Shown here piece by piece: positions 34,453 to 44,462 of a stretch of DNA of 60,906 bases (its first letter is position 1; each line of letters begins with the position of its first letter). Source of the DNA: a virus (lineage: Duplodnaviria; Caudoviricetes); IMG/VR virus record IMGVR_UViG_3300020414_000001, positions 1 to 60,906 of that record. The stretch is one strand, 5' to 3'. The translations under genes and the position numbers were made by a program. The notes under the pieces are model-generated. The model did no database searches. It had not been told where the DNA came from and saw only the letters and a list, made by a program, of their open reading frames with translations.

Positions 34453-34713
34453 ATGGCATTAAAAAAGACACAAAGGAGCTTAAAAGCGTGGGGTAAGCAG
34501 AAGTGGCGAACCAAAAGTGGTAAACCTAGTACACAGGGGCCAAAAGCTACAGGCGAGCGTTATTTACCTTCCGCGGCAATTAAGGCTCTTTCGCCCTCTG
34601 AATACGCCGCCACTACGGCTAAAAAGCGTAAAGCAACTAGAAGAGGAAAACAAGTGGCTAAACAGCCCAAAAAGATTGCAAAAAAAACGGCGAGATTTAG
34701 AAAATACTCATAA
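34453..34713 (+). CDS. Basic protein (DUF5872-like)
   Basis: SLK.W.KQKWRTKSGK, GERYLP..AI..LS..EY..TT..KR. Confidence 0.75.
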   Translation: MALKKTQRSLKAWGKQKWRTKSGKPSTQGPKATGERYLPSAAIKALSPSEYAATTAKKRKATRRGKQVAKQPKKIAKKTARFRKYS

Positions 34714-34733
34714 TGTTATGGAGAAATTAAAAT

Positions 34734-35417
34734 ATGCCAGTAGTAGTTCCTGATTTACCAGATTTGTTTGAAGAGGCTTATTCAAGAGCTGGTACCACTA
34801 TGCGTACTGGTAATGATCTTAGAAACATTAGAAGAAGCTTTAATATCCTTACTATGGAGTGGCAAAACAGAGGATTGAATCTTTGGACAATAGAGTCTGG
34901 AACTTTGTCCCTTACGGCAGGAACGGCTACTTATACGCTGCCTACAGACACCGTAGATTTGTTAGAACATACAATTAGAACGGGAACTGGCACAAGCCAA
35001 GTAGATACAAATATGGCAAGAATAAGTGTATCTACATTTTCTCAGATATCTTCAAAGAATACCCAAGGAAAGCCAACACAGATATTTATTCAGCGATTGG
35101 CAAATTCAGTAAAGGCGACATTATATCCTGTTCCAGATAATCAAGACACCTATACTCTTTCTTATTTTAGGGTTGTTGGTATTGCAGGAATGAGTTCTGG
35201 TATAGATGGCGCTACAACATCATTTATACCACCAAGGTTTGTGCCTTGTTTAGTTTCAGGATTAGCTTATTACATAGCTATGAAAGACCCAGAGTTAGCC
35301 GGAAGGGTAACAGCGCTGAAGCAGGAGTATGAGTTTCAGTTTGAATTAGCAGCGGGTGAGGACACAGAAAGTGCATCTGCTAGATTTGTTCCATACAATA
35401 CATTTTACGGGAGTTAA
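34734..35417 (+). CDS. Head-tail adaptor / tail tubular protein A-like
   Basis: [28 protein letters not shown]. Confidence 0.7.
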   Translation: MPVVVPDLPDLFEEAYSRAGTTMRTGNDLRNIRRSFNILTMEWQNRGLNLWTIESGTLSLTAGTATYTLPTDTVDLLEHTIRTGTGTSQVDTNMARISVSTFSQISSKNTQGKPTQIFIQRLANSVKATLYPVPDNQDTYTLSYFRVVGIAGMSSGIDGATTSFIPPRFVPCLVSGLAYYIAMKDPELAGRVTALKQEYEFQFELAAGEDTESASARFVPYNTFYGS

Positions 35418-35419
35418 AA

Positions 35420-35845
35420 ATGGCAACATATAAAATAAAACCGGGAGATACTCTCTCTCAAATAGCGAAGAAAAATAACACTACAGTTAAGACTTTGCAA
35501 AAAATAAATAATATTGCTGATCCAAACAAGATTAGAGCAGGTAAATCTATAAACATAGGAATAGGTAAACCGGGATTATCAAGTGCTAAAAAGGTAAATC
35601 CTTATGCAGGGCAATCTCCAAGTGAGATGAGAGCTATGGCTATGAAGAAAAAGAAAACAACAACGAAGCCAAAAGCGATAGCTGCAAAGCCAAAATCAAG
35701 GCCAGCTTCAGTTGGTGCTTCTGCTAGAAAAGCAAGAATGGACGCAAGATCAAAAAGAGTTGCAGCTTATAAAACTAAGTCTCCATCAATGGGCACTAGT
35801 AGAATGAAAACAAGAAGAAGAAATACTAGAATGGCTAGTAAGTAA
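35420..35845 (+). CDS. LysM-domain protein with basic tail
   Basis: [19 protein letters not shown]...N.I..PNKI..G..I. Confidence 0.9.
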   Translation: MATYKIKPGDTLSQIAKKNNTTVKTLQKINNIADPNKIRAGKSINIGIGKPGLSSAKKVNPYAGQSPSEMRAMAMKKKKTTTKPKAIAAKPKSRPASVGASARKARMDARSKRVAAYKTKSPSMGTSRMKTRRRNTRMASK

Positions 35846-35861
35846 AAGTTAAAGTTAACTT
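35846..35861 (+). promoter_or_regulatory. Palindromic motif, copy 8
   Basis: AAGTTAAAGTTAACTT between a stop codon and the next RBS. Confidence 0.7.
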
Positions 35862-35875
35862 ATAGGAGTGATAAT

Positions 35876-36151
35876 ATGCCAATAAAAATAGTGCCTACAA
35901 ACAAAGGCAGAGATGCAATGGGTGGAGGCGGAATGGATATAGGAAAAACCAAAAAGAAAAAAAAGAAAGCAGCAAGTTATGCTGGTGGTGGTTCATTAAA
36001 ACCAGTTCCTGAAGGAAATAAGGGCAAAGGTCTTAGTAAATTACCAACAGAAGTTCGTAACAAGATGGGCTTTATGAAAAAGGGCGGAAAGGTTATGAAA
36101 ATGAGAGGCGGAGGTATGGCTTCTAGAGGATTAAACTTTAGAATGAGATAA
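35876..36151 (+). CDS. Basic protein with xxGG motifs
   Basis: GLSKLP.EVRNKMGFMKKGG; AGGAG RBS. Confidence 0.7.
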   Translation: MPIKIVPTNKGRDAMGGGGMDIGKTKKKKKKAASYAGGGSLKPVPEGNKGKGLSKLPTEVRNKMGFMKKGGKVMKMRGGGMASRGLNFRMR

Positions 36152-36798
36152 TGTCAAAGCTTATATGTAATCTTCCTGCTATAGAGGTATGGGTAAGAAA
36201 AGAATATTTAAGAGATCAAAAAGATGGTCATGGAAAGTTTGTTAAAGGTGTTTGGGTATCTTGCAAATCGTTACCGGGTAGAGCTTTCTACTTTGAGACA
36301 TATCTACCAGAGTATGGTGCGTTATTTGATAAACTCCCTATCAGTGCATTCTGCTCATCACCAGAGACACCAGAACCAGACCTTGATTTATACAATCTTC
36401 AGTTTTGGAATTGTATGGACTACAATGTTACATGTATACAAAAGCAATTTATTGGTTCTATGACATACGAAGCTTACACAAGAGATGCTGGTAAAATAAA
36501 AGGAAGCTACATAGCGACTTTAGATAATTATCATGGTGATATAGATACGGTTGATTTTAGCACAAGTGAAACACCACAAGAGCATAAATCACATAACTTG
36601 TTAGAGTTAGAAAATGGGCAATACTGTTTGTACCCAAACAACAGAATGAGAGTTTACGATAACAGTTTAACACCAGAAAAGCCTATGACACCTGATTTTC
36701 TCGTAAGCACAGAATATTATCAGGTAGAAAACGAAGGTAAATTAGAAAGATTTGGCGATAGTAATGAATATTTTTATAAAACAAAGAAAGAGAAATAA
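36151..36798 (+). CDS. Conserved phage hypothetical protein
   Basis: VWVRKEYL, DKLPISAF, EHKS.N, GQ..LYPNNR. Confidence 0.8.
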   Translation: MSKLICNLPAIEVWVRKEYLRDQKDGHGKFVKGVWVSCKSLPGRAFYFETYLPEYGALFDKLPISAFCSSPETPEPDLDLYNLQFWNCMDYNVTCIQKQFIGSMTYEAYTRDAGKIKGSYIATLDNYHGDIDTVDFSTSETPQEHKSHNLLELENGQYCLYPNNRMRVYDNSLTPEKPMTPDFLVSTEYYQVENEGKLERFGDSNEYFYKTKKEK

Positions 36799-37319
36799 TG
36801 GCATATTCATCAGGTAAATATTCTTATGGCATATGTGATAAAACAGGATTTAGATACGCAACTAAAGATTTGGTTTTTGAATTTAGGAACGGCTCTAAGA
36901 CAGGGTTAAGAGTTGGAGTAGATGTTGTTGATCCAGATCATCCTCAAAATTTTATAGGAAGAATTAAGTTTGATGACCCGCAGTCTATACAAGACGCAAG
37001 GCCAGATAGAGTTGAGCCTGCAACAGAAGTTATTTTAGACAAAGATTCTTTGACAACAGGATCATCTGGTGGCGGAACAACAGTTATTACAATAAAAGAA
37101 ATAAATCATGGAAGAAGTTCTTCTGACACAGTGAGATTAAGAAACGTGGTAGGGTTTGATGGAATATCTACATCTGTATTCCAAAATGCAAGTGGGTATG
37201 CTATAACTAAAGTTAATAATGATACTTACACAATAACAGTGTCAGCAACAGCCACAGCAGGAAATCAATCTGGTGGCGGTCAGTTTGTTACAGTTGGTCC
37301 TGTTACATTGGAGGCTTGA
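36798..37319 (+). CDS. Neck/tail-associated protein
   Basis: GKY...ICD..GFRY, DHPQ, then a small beta domain (HG...DTV.L). Confidence 0.65.
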   Translation: MAYSSGKYSYGICDKTGFRYATKDLVFEFRNGSKTGLRVGVDVVDPDHPQNFIGRIKFDDPQSIQDARPDRVEPATEVILDKDSLTTGSSGGGTTVITIKEINHGRSSSDTVRLRNVVGFDGISTSVFQNASGYAITKVNNDTYTITVSATATAGNQSGGGQFVTVGPVTLEA

Positions 37320-37967
37320 TTGAGTTTTACATTTGCACAATTAAAAACAGCTATACAGGATTATACTGATAATTCAGAAACTACATTTGTAAATCATTTA
37401 TCTGATTTTATAAAAGCATCTGAAGAAAGAATATTTAAAAATGTAGATTTAGAGCTGTTTAGAAAAAACGCATCATCTACCCTAAGTTCCGCTGATAAGT
37501 TCTTGTCAGTACCCTCAGACTATTTATCTTCTTTTTCCTTACAAATAACACAATCTGGTAGCGAAAGACATTTATTGCAAAAAGATGTTAATTTTTTACA
37601 AGAGGCTTTTGTTGCTTCTGCGTCTACAGGTGTTCCAAGATATTATGCAAGATTTGATGTAAATAACTTTATTGTAGCCCCAACGCCTAATAGCAACTAT
37701 ACAGTTGAGTTGCATTACTATTATAGACCTGCGAGTTTAACAGCAGGAGCTGAAAGCGGAACTACATGGCTTAGTACAAATGCACCATTCGCACTACTTT
37801 ACGGCTCTCTTGTAGAGAGTTATACTTTCATGAAGGGCGAGCAAGACATGATACAACAGTACGAAAAAAGATTTACAGACCAGCTAGTAAGATTAAAAGA
37901 TTTAGCAGAGGCAAGAGAGAATAGTGATGCATATTCAGATGGCTTGCCAAGAATGCAAAGGACATAG
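37320..37967 (+). CDS. Second head-tail adaptor-like protein
   Basis: LKTAIQDY, P.YYA, APTP, ELHY.Y.P, LLYGSLVE.Y.FMK. Confidence 0.7.
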   Translation: MSFTFAQLKTAIQDYTDNSETTFVNHLSDFIKASEERIFKNVDLELFRKNASSTLSSADKFLSVPSDYLSSFSLQITQSGSERHLLQKDVNFLQEAFVASASTGVPRYYARFDVNNFIVAPTPNSNYTVELHYYYRPASLTAGAESGTTWLSTNAPFALLYGSLVESYTFMKGEQDMIQQYEKRFTDQLVRLKDLAEARENSDAYSDGLPRMQRT

Positions 37968-37976
37968 GAGTAAAAT

Positions 37977-38426
37977 ATGGCAACATCAAATGCAGCAACC
38001 AATTATCTAGAAAGAAGACTTTTACATTTTATATTTAAAAATAATTCTCTTTCTTTTGCCACACCGGGAAACAATATTTATGTAGGTCTTGCAACAGCCG
38101 TAAGTGCAGCAGAAACTGGAACAGTTACAGAAGCAACATTTACAAACTATGCAAGACAACAAGTTACACCAACTGCTGTAGGAAATACAGGTGGATGGAC
38201 AATGATAGGATCTGATTCTACGGATACTCAAACAGCAACTAATCAAAATAATATAGAGTTTCCAGCTTCTGGTGGGACAAACAATACAATTACACATGTT
38301 ATAATTGCAGATGCAGCAAGTAGTGGAAATATACTATTTGTAGGAGCATTAGACGTACAAAAGGTAATTGAAACTGGTGATATATTTAGAATTAACGCAG
38401 GAAACCTTACAATAGAGTTGAAGTAA
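37977..38426 (+). CDS. Tail fibre-associated protein
   Basis: YVGL.T, YARQ, IEFP, GN.L..G.L, GD.FRI.AG.L.I. Confidence 0.7.
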   Translation: MATSNAATNYLERRLLHFIFKNNSLSFATPGNNIYVGLATAVSAAETGTVTEATFTNYARQQVTPTAVGNTGGWTMIGSDSTDTQTATNQNNIEFPASGGTNNTITHVIIADAASSGNILFVGALDVQKVIETGDIFRINAGNLTIELK

Positions 38427-40126
38427 TGGCATTAGTAATATCAGATAGAATTAAGGAAACTACAAATACAGTAGGCACCCAAACTTTTCAATTAGAGGGT
38501 GCAGTTACTGGTTTTGAAACATTTGCCGCTAATCTATCTGATGGTGATACAACTTATTATGCAGTTACAGACAATACTAACTTTGAAGTTGGGTTAGGCA
38601 CAATTAATGAGGGAGCTTCTCAAACTATAAACTACACAGTTACAGTTGTTAGTGATGGTGGTAATAAGTTTGCTTTGAATGGTGTTACTAATCCAGTTAT
38701 TACGTTTGTAAAAGGGTTTACTTATGTATTTGATGTTAGTGATAATACTAATGGATCACACCCTTTAAGGTTTAGAACATCTGCTGATGCTTCTTATACA
38801 GATGGCGTTTCAATAAGCGGCACACAAGGACAAGCAGGTTCTACAGTCACAATCGTTGTAGCAAGTGATGCACCATCTACATTAAAATATTATTGTACAT
38901 CTCATGGTAATGCTATGGGTAATACAATCAATGTTATATCTGCTGTAGCCACACTAGCAAGAACAACCATCTTAGCTAGTTCAAATAGTAATAATGCAGT
39001 TAGTTTTGGATCTGGAGCCAAGACTATATTTTGTACATTGCCTGCTGGTAAAGCAGTAATAAAAGATGCAAGTAATAATATCAATGGTACATTTGTTGGA
39101 AACATAACTGGTAATGTTACAGGTAATGCTTCTGGAACAGCAGCAACAGTAACAGGTGCGGCTCAAACAAATATTACATCTGTAGGCACATTAACTGGAT
39201 TAACAATAGATGGTGATGCAACATTTACTGGTGCTAATGGTAATGTAGTCTTTGATAAGTCAGATGATGCATTAGAATTTGCAGATGATGTAAAAGCTAA
39301 GTTTGGCACAGGTGGTGATTTAGAGGTATTTCATAATGGAAATAATAGCTTTATAAAAGATACTGGTACTGGTGCTTTAATTTTAAGCACAAATGATTTA
39401 AAAGTGCATGATGCTTCTGTTAGTGATCTTCTTATAAGAGCTATTCACACTGGCGCAACAGAACTGTATCATTCTGGATCTAAAAAGATTGAAACCACAT
39501 CTGCTGGTGCAACAGTTACTGGTGATTTATTGATTTCAAATTCAGATGCAGACGCAGTTGCAGATCCTACTATAACTCTTTATAGAAACTCATCTTCTCC
39601 AGCTTTTGATGACGAAATGGGAGAAATAATTTTTCAAGGTAGAAACAATAATTCTGAAAATATAAATTATGGTAGAATTGTAGGAAAAATAGCTCAAACA
39701 ACCGATGGCTCAGAAAAGGGAAATATAGAATTTAAAATAATGGAAAGTGGTACAGAAGCTACTTTTGTACAAATGGCATTTGATAATATTTTTGTTAATA
39801 AACAATTAACAATGTTTAATAACATATTTTTAGATGGTAATTATTCTATTAAATGGGATGGTGCTACAAATAATTCTAATACTACATCTTTAGTTGTAAC
39901 AGATCCAACAGCGGTAAACACAATCACATTACCAGATGCTACTGGAACAGTATTAACAACAGGTAACTCAGATACACCAACAACCACAACATCAAGTAGT
40001 GATGCAGACTTTGTTTTAATAGATGATGGTGGAACTATGAAAAAGATTACACCAACTAATTTAGGAATAACTGCTGGTGCAGCTTCATTGGATGATGCAA
40101 CAGCATTAGCAATAGCGTTAGGATAA
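38426..40126 (+). CDS. Tail fibre protein with cupredoxin-like insert
   Basis: DRIKETT...VGLGT...LARTTIL N-domain, fibre repeats, ITLPDATGT, C-terminal ATALAIALG. Confidence 0.8.
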   Translation: MALVISDRIKETTNTVGTQTFQLEGAVTGFETFAANLSDGDTTYYAVTDNTNFEVGLGTINEGASQTINYTVTVVSDGGNKFALNGVTNPVITFVKGFTYVFDVSDNTNGSHPLRFRTSADASYTDGVSISGTQGQAGSTVTIVVASDAPSTLKYYCTSHGNAMGNTINVISAVATLARTTILASSNSNNAVSFGSGAKTIFCTLPAGKAVIKDASNNINGTFVGNITGNVTGNASGTAATVTGAAQTNITSVGTLTGLTIDGDATFTGANGNVVFDKSDDALEFADDVKAKFGTGGDLEVFHNGNNSFIKDTGTGALILSTNDLKVHDASVSDLLIRAIHTGATELYHSGSKKIETTSAGATVTGDLLISNSDADAVADPTITLYRNSSSPAFDDEMGEIIFQGRNNNSENINYGRIVGKIAQTTDGSEKGNIEFKIMESGTEATFVQMAFDNIFVNKQLTMFNNIFLDGNYSIKWDGATNNSNTTSLVVTDPTAVNTITLPDATGTVLTTGNSDTPTTTTSSSDADFVLIDDGGTMKKITPTNLGITAGAASLDDATALAIALG

Positions 40127-40129
40127 GAT

Positions 40130-40498
40130 ATGGCAAATACATTTAAAGTAATAACTCACACAGGAATGGCTGCAAGTGCAGGAACGCCAGAAACCTTATA
40201 TACAGTTCCTAGCTCAACAACAACAGTGGTTATAGGTTTAACTTTATGTAACATTTTAACCTCAAGTGTTTTAATAGATGTAAGATTAGACAGCTCAACC
40301 AGTAACTCTGGTGGGGGAACAAATGTCAGTACAGGTGACGGAATACATATAGCAAAAGATGTTCCTATTGCAGTAGGATCGAGTTTAGAATTATTAAGTG
40401 GTGGTAAATATGTTTTACAAACTGGGGATATTTTAAAAATAGATTCAAACGTAAATGGTGCAGTAGATGTTTGTTTAAATATAATGGAGATTACATAA
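40130..40498 (+). CDS. Tail-associated protein (MANTFK type)
   Basis: LYTVP.STTT...L..CN, K.VL.TGD.L, MEIT end. Confidence 0.7.
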   Translation: MANTFKVITHTGMAASAGTPETLYTVPSSTTTVVIGLTLCNILTSSVLIDVRLDSSTSNSGGGTNVSTGDGIHIAKDVPIAVGSSLELLSGGKYVLQTGDILKIDSNVNGAVDVCLNIMEIT

Positions 40499-41028
40499 TG
40501 CCATTAAGCACAATAGCCTCAAATCAAATTAAACAAAATACTATTGTTGATGCTAATATCAACTCTAGTGCTAATATAGCAACTACAAAACTTGGAACTG
40601 GAGCGATTGTACAAGTAGTATTTTCAAGAGTTGCTGTTAATTCAACAGTAATTACTTCTTCATCTTATGCGGATATACCTCAAGGTGGACATCAAATAAC
40701 TATTACACCAAATTTTTCTAACTCTAAAATTTTAGTTAATTTTCTTGGCTCAAGAATGAGTTACACCACAACAAACGGTAATTGTTTTTTACAGCTTCAC
40801 AGAAGTATAGGTGGTGGGTCTTTTTCATTTTTAGAACAAATAGAAGCTAATAACTATAATAGTGGCACTTATGGATATTCAAGATCACAAGCTGTGTTTG
40901 ACGAGCCAAACACAACAAGTGCAGTTATTTATAAAATGATGGGTAAGTCAACTGGAACTGGAGATGCCCACTATACTGGATATGGAGATGTTCCAGCTAC
41001 ACTTACAGCTATGGAAATAAGAGTATGA
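40498..41028 (+). CDS. Fibre head protein, type A
   Basis: ITP..SNSKILV, D.P.TTSAV.YK, LTAMEI; ATG at 40498 overlaps the previous stop. Confidence 0.7.
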   Translation: MPLSTIASNQIKQNTIVDANINSSANIATTKLGTGAIVQVVFSRVAVNSTVITSSSYADIPQGGHQITITPNFSNSKILVNFLGSRMSYTTTNGNCFLQLHRSIGGGSFSFLEQIEANNYNSGTYGYSRSQAVFDEPNTTSAVIYKMMGKSTGTGDAHYTGYGDVPATLTAMEIRV

Positions 41029-41477
41029 GCTACATTGGAACAGCACCACCACAAACATTTTCTACTGCTACAAGTCAATCTTTTAGTGGTAATGGCAGTA
41101 CAACTGTATTTACTTTAAATAGAGCAGTAAATAGAAGTGAAGACTTGGAAGTGTTTGTTGAAAACGTACAACAAAAACCAGCAACAAGTTATACTGCATC
41201 TGGAACAACTTTGACTTTTCAAGCAGCACCAGTATCTGGAACAAATAATATTTATGTTATATTTAGAAACTTTGCTATACCAAGTGCAGGTGGTCCAAGT
41301 TTAGCGAATAATAATTCTTTTGCTGGAGTTAACAATTTTGCACAACCTTTAGTAAACTCTGGTACAATTGCTAGTGACATAACAATAGCTAGTGGAGAAA
41401 GAGCAATGATGGCTGGAGATATATCCATTAACTCATCAACCACAGTTACAGTAAATGGAGTGTTAACAATTGTCTAA
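41025..41477 (+). CDS. MSYIG-type fibre adaptor 1
   Basis: FSGNGSTTVFTL..VQQ.P..YT.SG.TLTF; C-terminus AG.I.I....TV.G.LTIV. Confidence 0.7.
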   Translation: MSYIGTAPPQTFSTATSQSFSGNGSTTVFTLNRAVNRSEDLEVFVENVQQKPATSYTASGTTLTFQAAPVSGTNNIYVIFRNFAIPSAGGPSLANNNSFAGVNNFAQPLVNSGTIASDITIASGERAMMAGDISINSSTTVTVNGVLTIV

Positions 41478-42030
41478 AATATTTGTAGATCAAATAGCAT
41501 CTAAAACAGTAGGCACTAATTACAACTTTATTAAACAAGTTGGTCATGCAAAATTTCTTGGCAATGAAACTTCAAACTCATCTAGTTTTGTAGATATTAC
41601 AAATTTAACTGTAACACTAACCCCTTCAGAGACAACAAGTAAATTTTTAATTATAGGTAATGTAAGTGCAAATGCAAATCAAAATCAAAGAGGTGGTATT
41701 AAAGTAGTAAGAAGGATAGGTAGTGGTTCTTTTAGTGATTTTGATTTACCTGATTTTAGCGCAGGTTCTTTGGGTGGTGCTACTACTTCTAATAGTGCTA
41801 GACAATTAGCTCATGCTATTTTTGATGGTGGTGGTTCAAATATTCCAAATACACCAGTTTCAATAATGCTATATGATTCTCCAAGCACAACATCAGCAGT
41901 TACTTATAAAGTTCAAGGCATGGTAGAAGGTTCAAGTTATATTTATATTAATACTTTTCAAACATTTTCTGATGCAAATACAGTATTTACACCTATGTCA
42001 ACACTTACTGTTATGGAGGTGGCTGGATAA
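41470..42030 (+). CDS. Fibre head protein, type A
   Basis: MSKIFVDQI; LTP..TTSKFLI; DSPSTTSAVTYKVQ; TLTVMEV. Confidence 0.7.
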   Translation: MSKIFVDQIASKTVGTNYNFIKQVGHAKFLGNETSNSSSFVDITNLTVTLTPSETTSKFLIIGNVSANANQNQRGGIKVVRRIGSGSFSDFDLPDFSAGSLGGATTSNSARQLAHAIFDGGGSNIPNTPVSIMLYDSPSTTSAVTYKVQGMVEGSSYIYINTFQTFSDANTVFTPMSTLTVMEVAG

Positions 42031-42578
42031 TGAGTGGAATTATAAAAGCAACAAACTTAGAAGTCACCACTATTAAAGATAAAACGAATAGTAATACTGC
42101 TATATCTATTGATACAAGTGGTAGGGTAAATATACCAAAAGTACCAGCTTTTGCAGTAAGAGGATTTGGTAGTATACGAGATAGTGAAACTGTAAATGGA
42201 GTTTCAGTATCTGGATCTGGTACAGATATTATATATAATTACACAACTATAGATCTTAATAGAGACAATGCATTTGATAATAGTACAGGCATATATACGG
42301 TTCCAGTTGCGGGTTTATATCAAATTCAAGCAGGTTTTGGTTATAAATCATCAGGTAACTATATGTCCATATCGATCTATGCAACAAGCTCAGACGCTGC
42401 TGCTCATGGTTTTATAAAAACTTGGGCAAACAATGATAATAACCATACTGGCAGGCAACTTGCAACTATCGTATCGGCAAGTGTTGGGCAAGAGTTTGCT
42501 ATGGGTATGTCTGATCAATTTTCAACTCCGAGTTCGGGTGCGCATTACTGTTGGTTTTCAGCTTATATGGTAGGATAA
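42030..42578 (+). CDS. C1q-like fibre head protein
   Basis: PAF, FD.STG.YTVPVAGLY, FSAYMVG. Confidence 0.8.
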   Translation: MSGIIKATNLEVTTIKDKTNSNTAISIDTSGRVNIPKVPAFAVRGFGSIRDSETVNGVSVSGSGTDIIYNYTTIDLNRDNAFDNSTGIYTVPVAGLYQIQAGFGYKSSGNYMSISIYATSSDAAAHGFIKTWANNDNNHTGRQLATIVSASVGQEFAMGMSDQFSTPSSGAHYCWFSAYMVG

Positions 42579-42582
42579 AGAT

Positions 42583-43137
42583 ATGACAAGTAAATTAAAA
42601 GTAGAACAGATAGCACACACCAACAATGTTTCAGCTATGACTATTGATAGCAGTGGTAATGTTTCTGTAGCTAAAAATTTATTAACACCTATTAGACCAG
42701 CTTTTTCTGTACAGTCTGGCAGAAGCAGTGCAATGCAAGATAATAATTGTTTTTCGCAGTCATATGCGTCTCCAACAGTAATTTTAAATCAAGGTAGCCA
42801 TTTTAAAACAAGTGGCACTAATGATGGTAAGTTTGTAGCACCAGTTGCTGGTTTATATTACTTTGTTTTTCAAGGATTTACTTCTGATTCAAGTAATCAA
42901 AACTCTAGTGGTACAACAAGAATGCATTTTACAAAGAATGGAGATTCTATAGGTAATCTACTTGGAAGACACTATTATGATCATCATGCATCAAATGACC
43001 ATGCTAACTTTTCTGCACACGAAATTGCATTATTAGCAGCTAATGATGCAATAGGAGTACGAATAAGTGCGAGATATTTTTACTCTAGTTCAAATTATGA
43101 CGGAAACCCAACATTTTCAGGATATTTCATAGGATAA
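42583..43137 (+). CDS. C1q-like fibre head protein
   Basis: SKLKVEQI; PAF; FVAPVAGLYYF; L.AND; FSGYFIG. Confidence 0.8.
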   Translation: MTSKLKVEQIAHTNNVSAMTIDSSGNVSVAKNLLTPIRPAFSVQSGRSSAMQDNNCFSQSYASPTVILNQGSHFKTSGTNDGKFVAPVAGLYYFVFQGFTSDSSNQNSSGTTRMHFTKNGDSIGNLLGRHYYDHHASNDHANFSAHEIALLAANDAIGVRISARYFYSSSNYDGNPTFSGYFIG

Positions 43138-43140
43138 AAT

Positions 43141-43761
43141 ATGTCTATAAGTAAAATACAATCAGAATCAATGAACTTAGCAGATACCTTTGCTTTTACT
43201 GGTAGTGTTAGTGGTGCAGGCAAGATTTTGAGTTTTGGCAGTTATAACTCTGGCTATGGCTCTGGAGCTAGATTATCAACCACAAGCACATCTTGGGTAA
43301 ATCTTGAAATAAACGGAACCAATCAAGCAGTCTTTGGTCAAATTACAAAAAATTCTGATGATAGCTTAAACTATAATAAATTAAGTAATTCTAGTCATTT
43401 GATAATTGGTATGAACGTTCCTGTTTATAATAATAATGGAAATAATGGACATGGATTTAGATTAAAATTTGAAACTACTCAAGATAGCGGAACTTATAAT
43501 GTTCTTGATATAACAAATGAAGGACCAGCACACGGCTGGGGTTGGCATGGATATGGTGGTGCCACCTCCTCTATGAATAATTGTATATGGAACACCTATG
43601 ATAACGCGACTTATAGAAGTGCAATACAAGGCTATACTGGTAATGTAAGGTTTTTCTTTGAAGTAAGAAACTGGACTTCAAACGATAGTATAGCCTATAA
43701 TGATTATAACGATTCTTATCCAAAATATTCAACATTTACAGTTTTTGAGGTAGCCGTATGA
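43141..43761 (+). CDS. Fibre head protein (type A variant)
   Basis: MSISKI, GAGKIL, ends STFTVFEVA. Confidence 0.65.
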   Translation: MSISKIQSESMNLADTFAFTGSVSGAGKILSFGSYNSGYGSGARLSTTSTSWVNLEINGTNQAVFGQITKNSDDSLNYNKLSNSSHLIIGMNVPVYNNNGNNGHGFRLKFETTQDSGTYNVLDITNEGPAHGWGWHGYGGATSSMNNCIWNTYDNATYRSAIQGYTGNVRFFFEVRNWTSNDSIAYNDYNDSYPKYSTFTVFEVAV

Positions 43762-44462
43762 GTTATATAGGCAACGATCCAAATCAAGGATCATTTTTTA
43801 TACAGAAGTTTACAGGCGATTCAACCACTACATCTTTTGGTTTAAATCAAAATATAACAGATGGATCACAATTATTAGTGACTATAGGTAACGTAGTTCA
43901 AGAAGAAGGCTCTGGCTTTGCGTATACTGCATCTGGCAATACGTTAACTTTTTCAGAAGCTCCAGCTAATGGAGATAAGATTGTTGTAAGGTTTTTGGGT
44001 GTATCACTTGCCACACCAACAAGTTATACGAATGCAGTTAGATTTAGATATATTGCAACAAGTGGTCAAACTGTATTTACAGGTGAAGATTCAAATGGTG
44101 CAACACTAGACTACACAATTAATAATATTGATGTATACTTAAATGGTGTAAGGCTAGATCAATCTGACTTCACACAAACAAATACAAGCACTATAACTTT
44201 AGCATCTGGTGCAGCAACAAGTGATGAATTAGTTATAGTTGTATTTAAGGTTATACAGATAGCAAGTGCAGGTGGTGGTATGTATAAAGGTGATAGTGGA
44301 ACAATAAATAGTGCTGGAGCAGCAGATATATTTAGAGTGCATCAAGCACAACTTGATACAAACACTACGATAGAATCAACAGAAAATGCTATTGCAGCAG
44401 GCCCATTGACTATAGCTGCAAACAAGACATTAACGATACAAGGTAATTTGAGTATAGTATGA
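43758..44462 (+). CDS. MSYIG-type fibre adaptor 2 (two beta domains)
   Basis: FTGD.TT..F.L..VVQE; DVYLNGVRL; C-terminus AGPLTI....LTI.GNLSIV. Confidence 0.7.
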   Translation: MSYIGNDPNQGSFFIQKFTGDSTTTSFGLNQNITDGSQLLVTIGNVVQEEGSGFAYTASGNTLTFSEAPANGDKIVVRFLGVSLATPTSYTNAVRFRYIATSGQTVFTGEDSNGATLDYTINNIDVYLNGVRLDQSDFTQTNTSTITLASGAATSDELVIVVFKVIQIASAGGGMYKGDSGTINSAGAADIFRVHQAQLDTNTTIESTENAIAAGPLTIAANKTLTIQGNLSIV

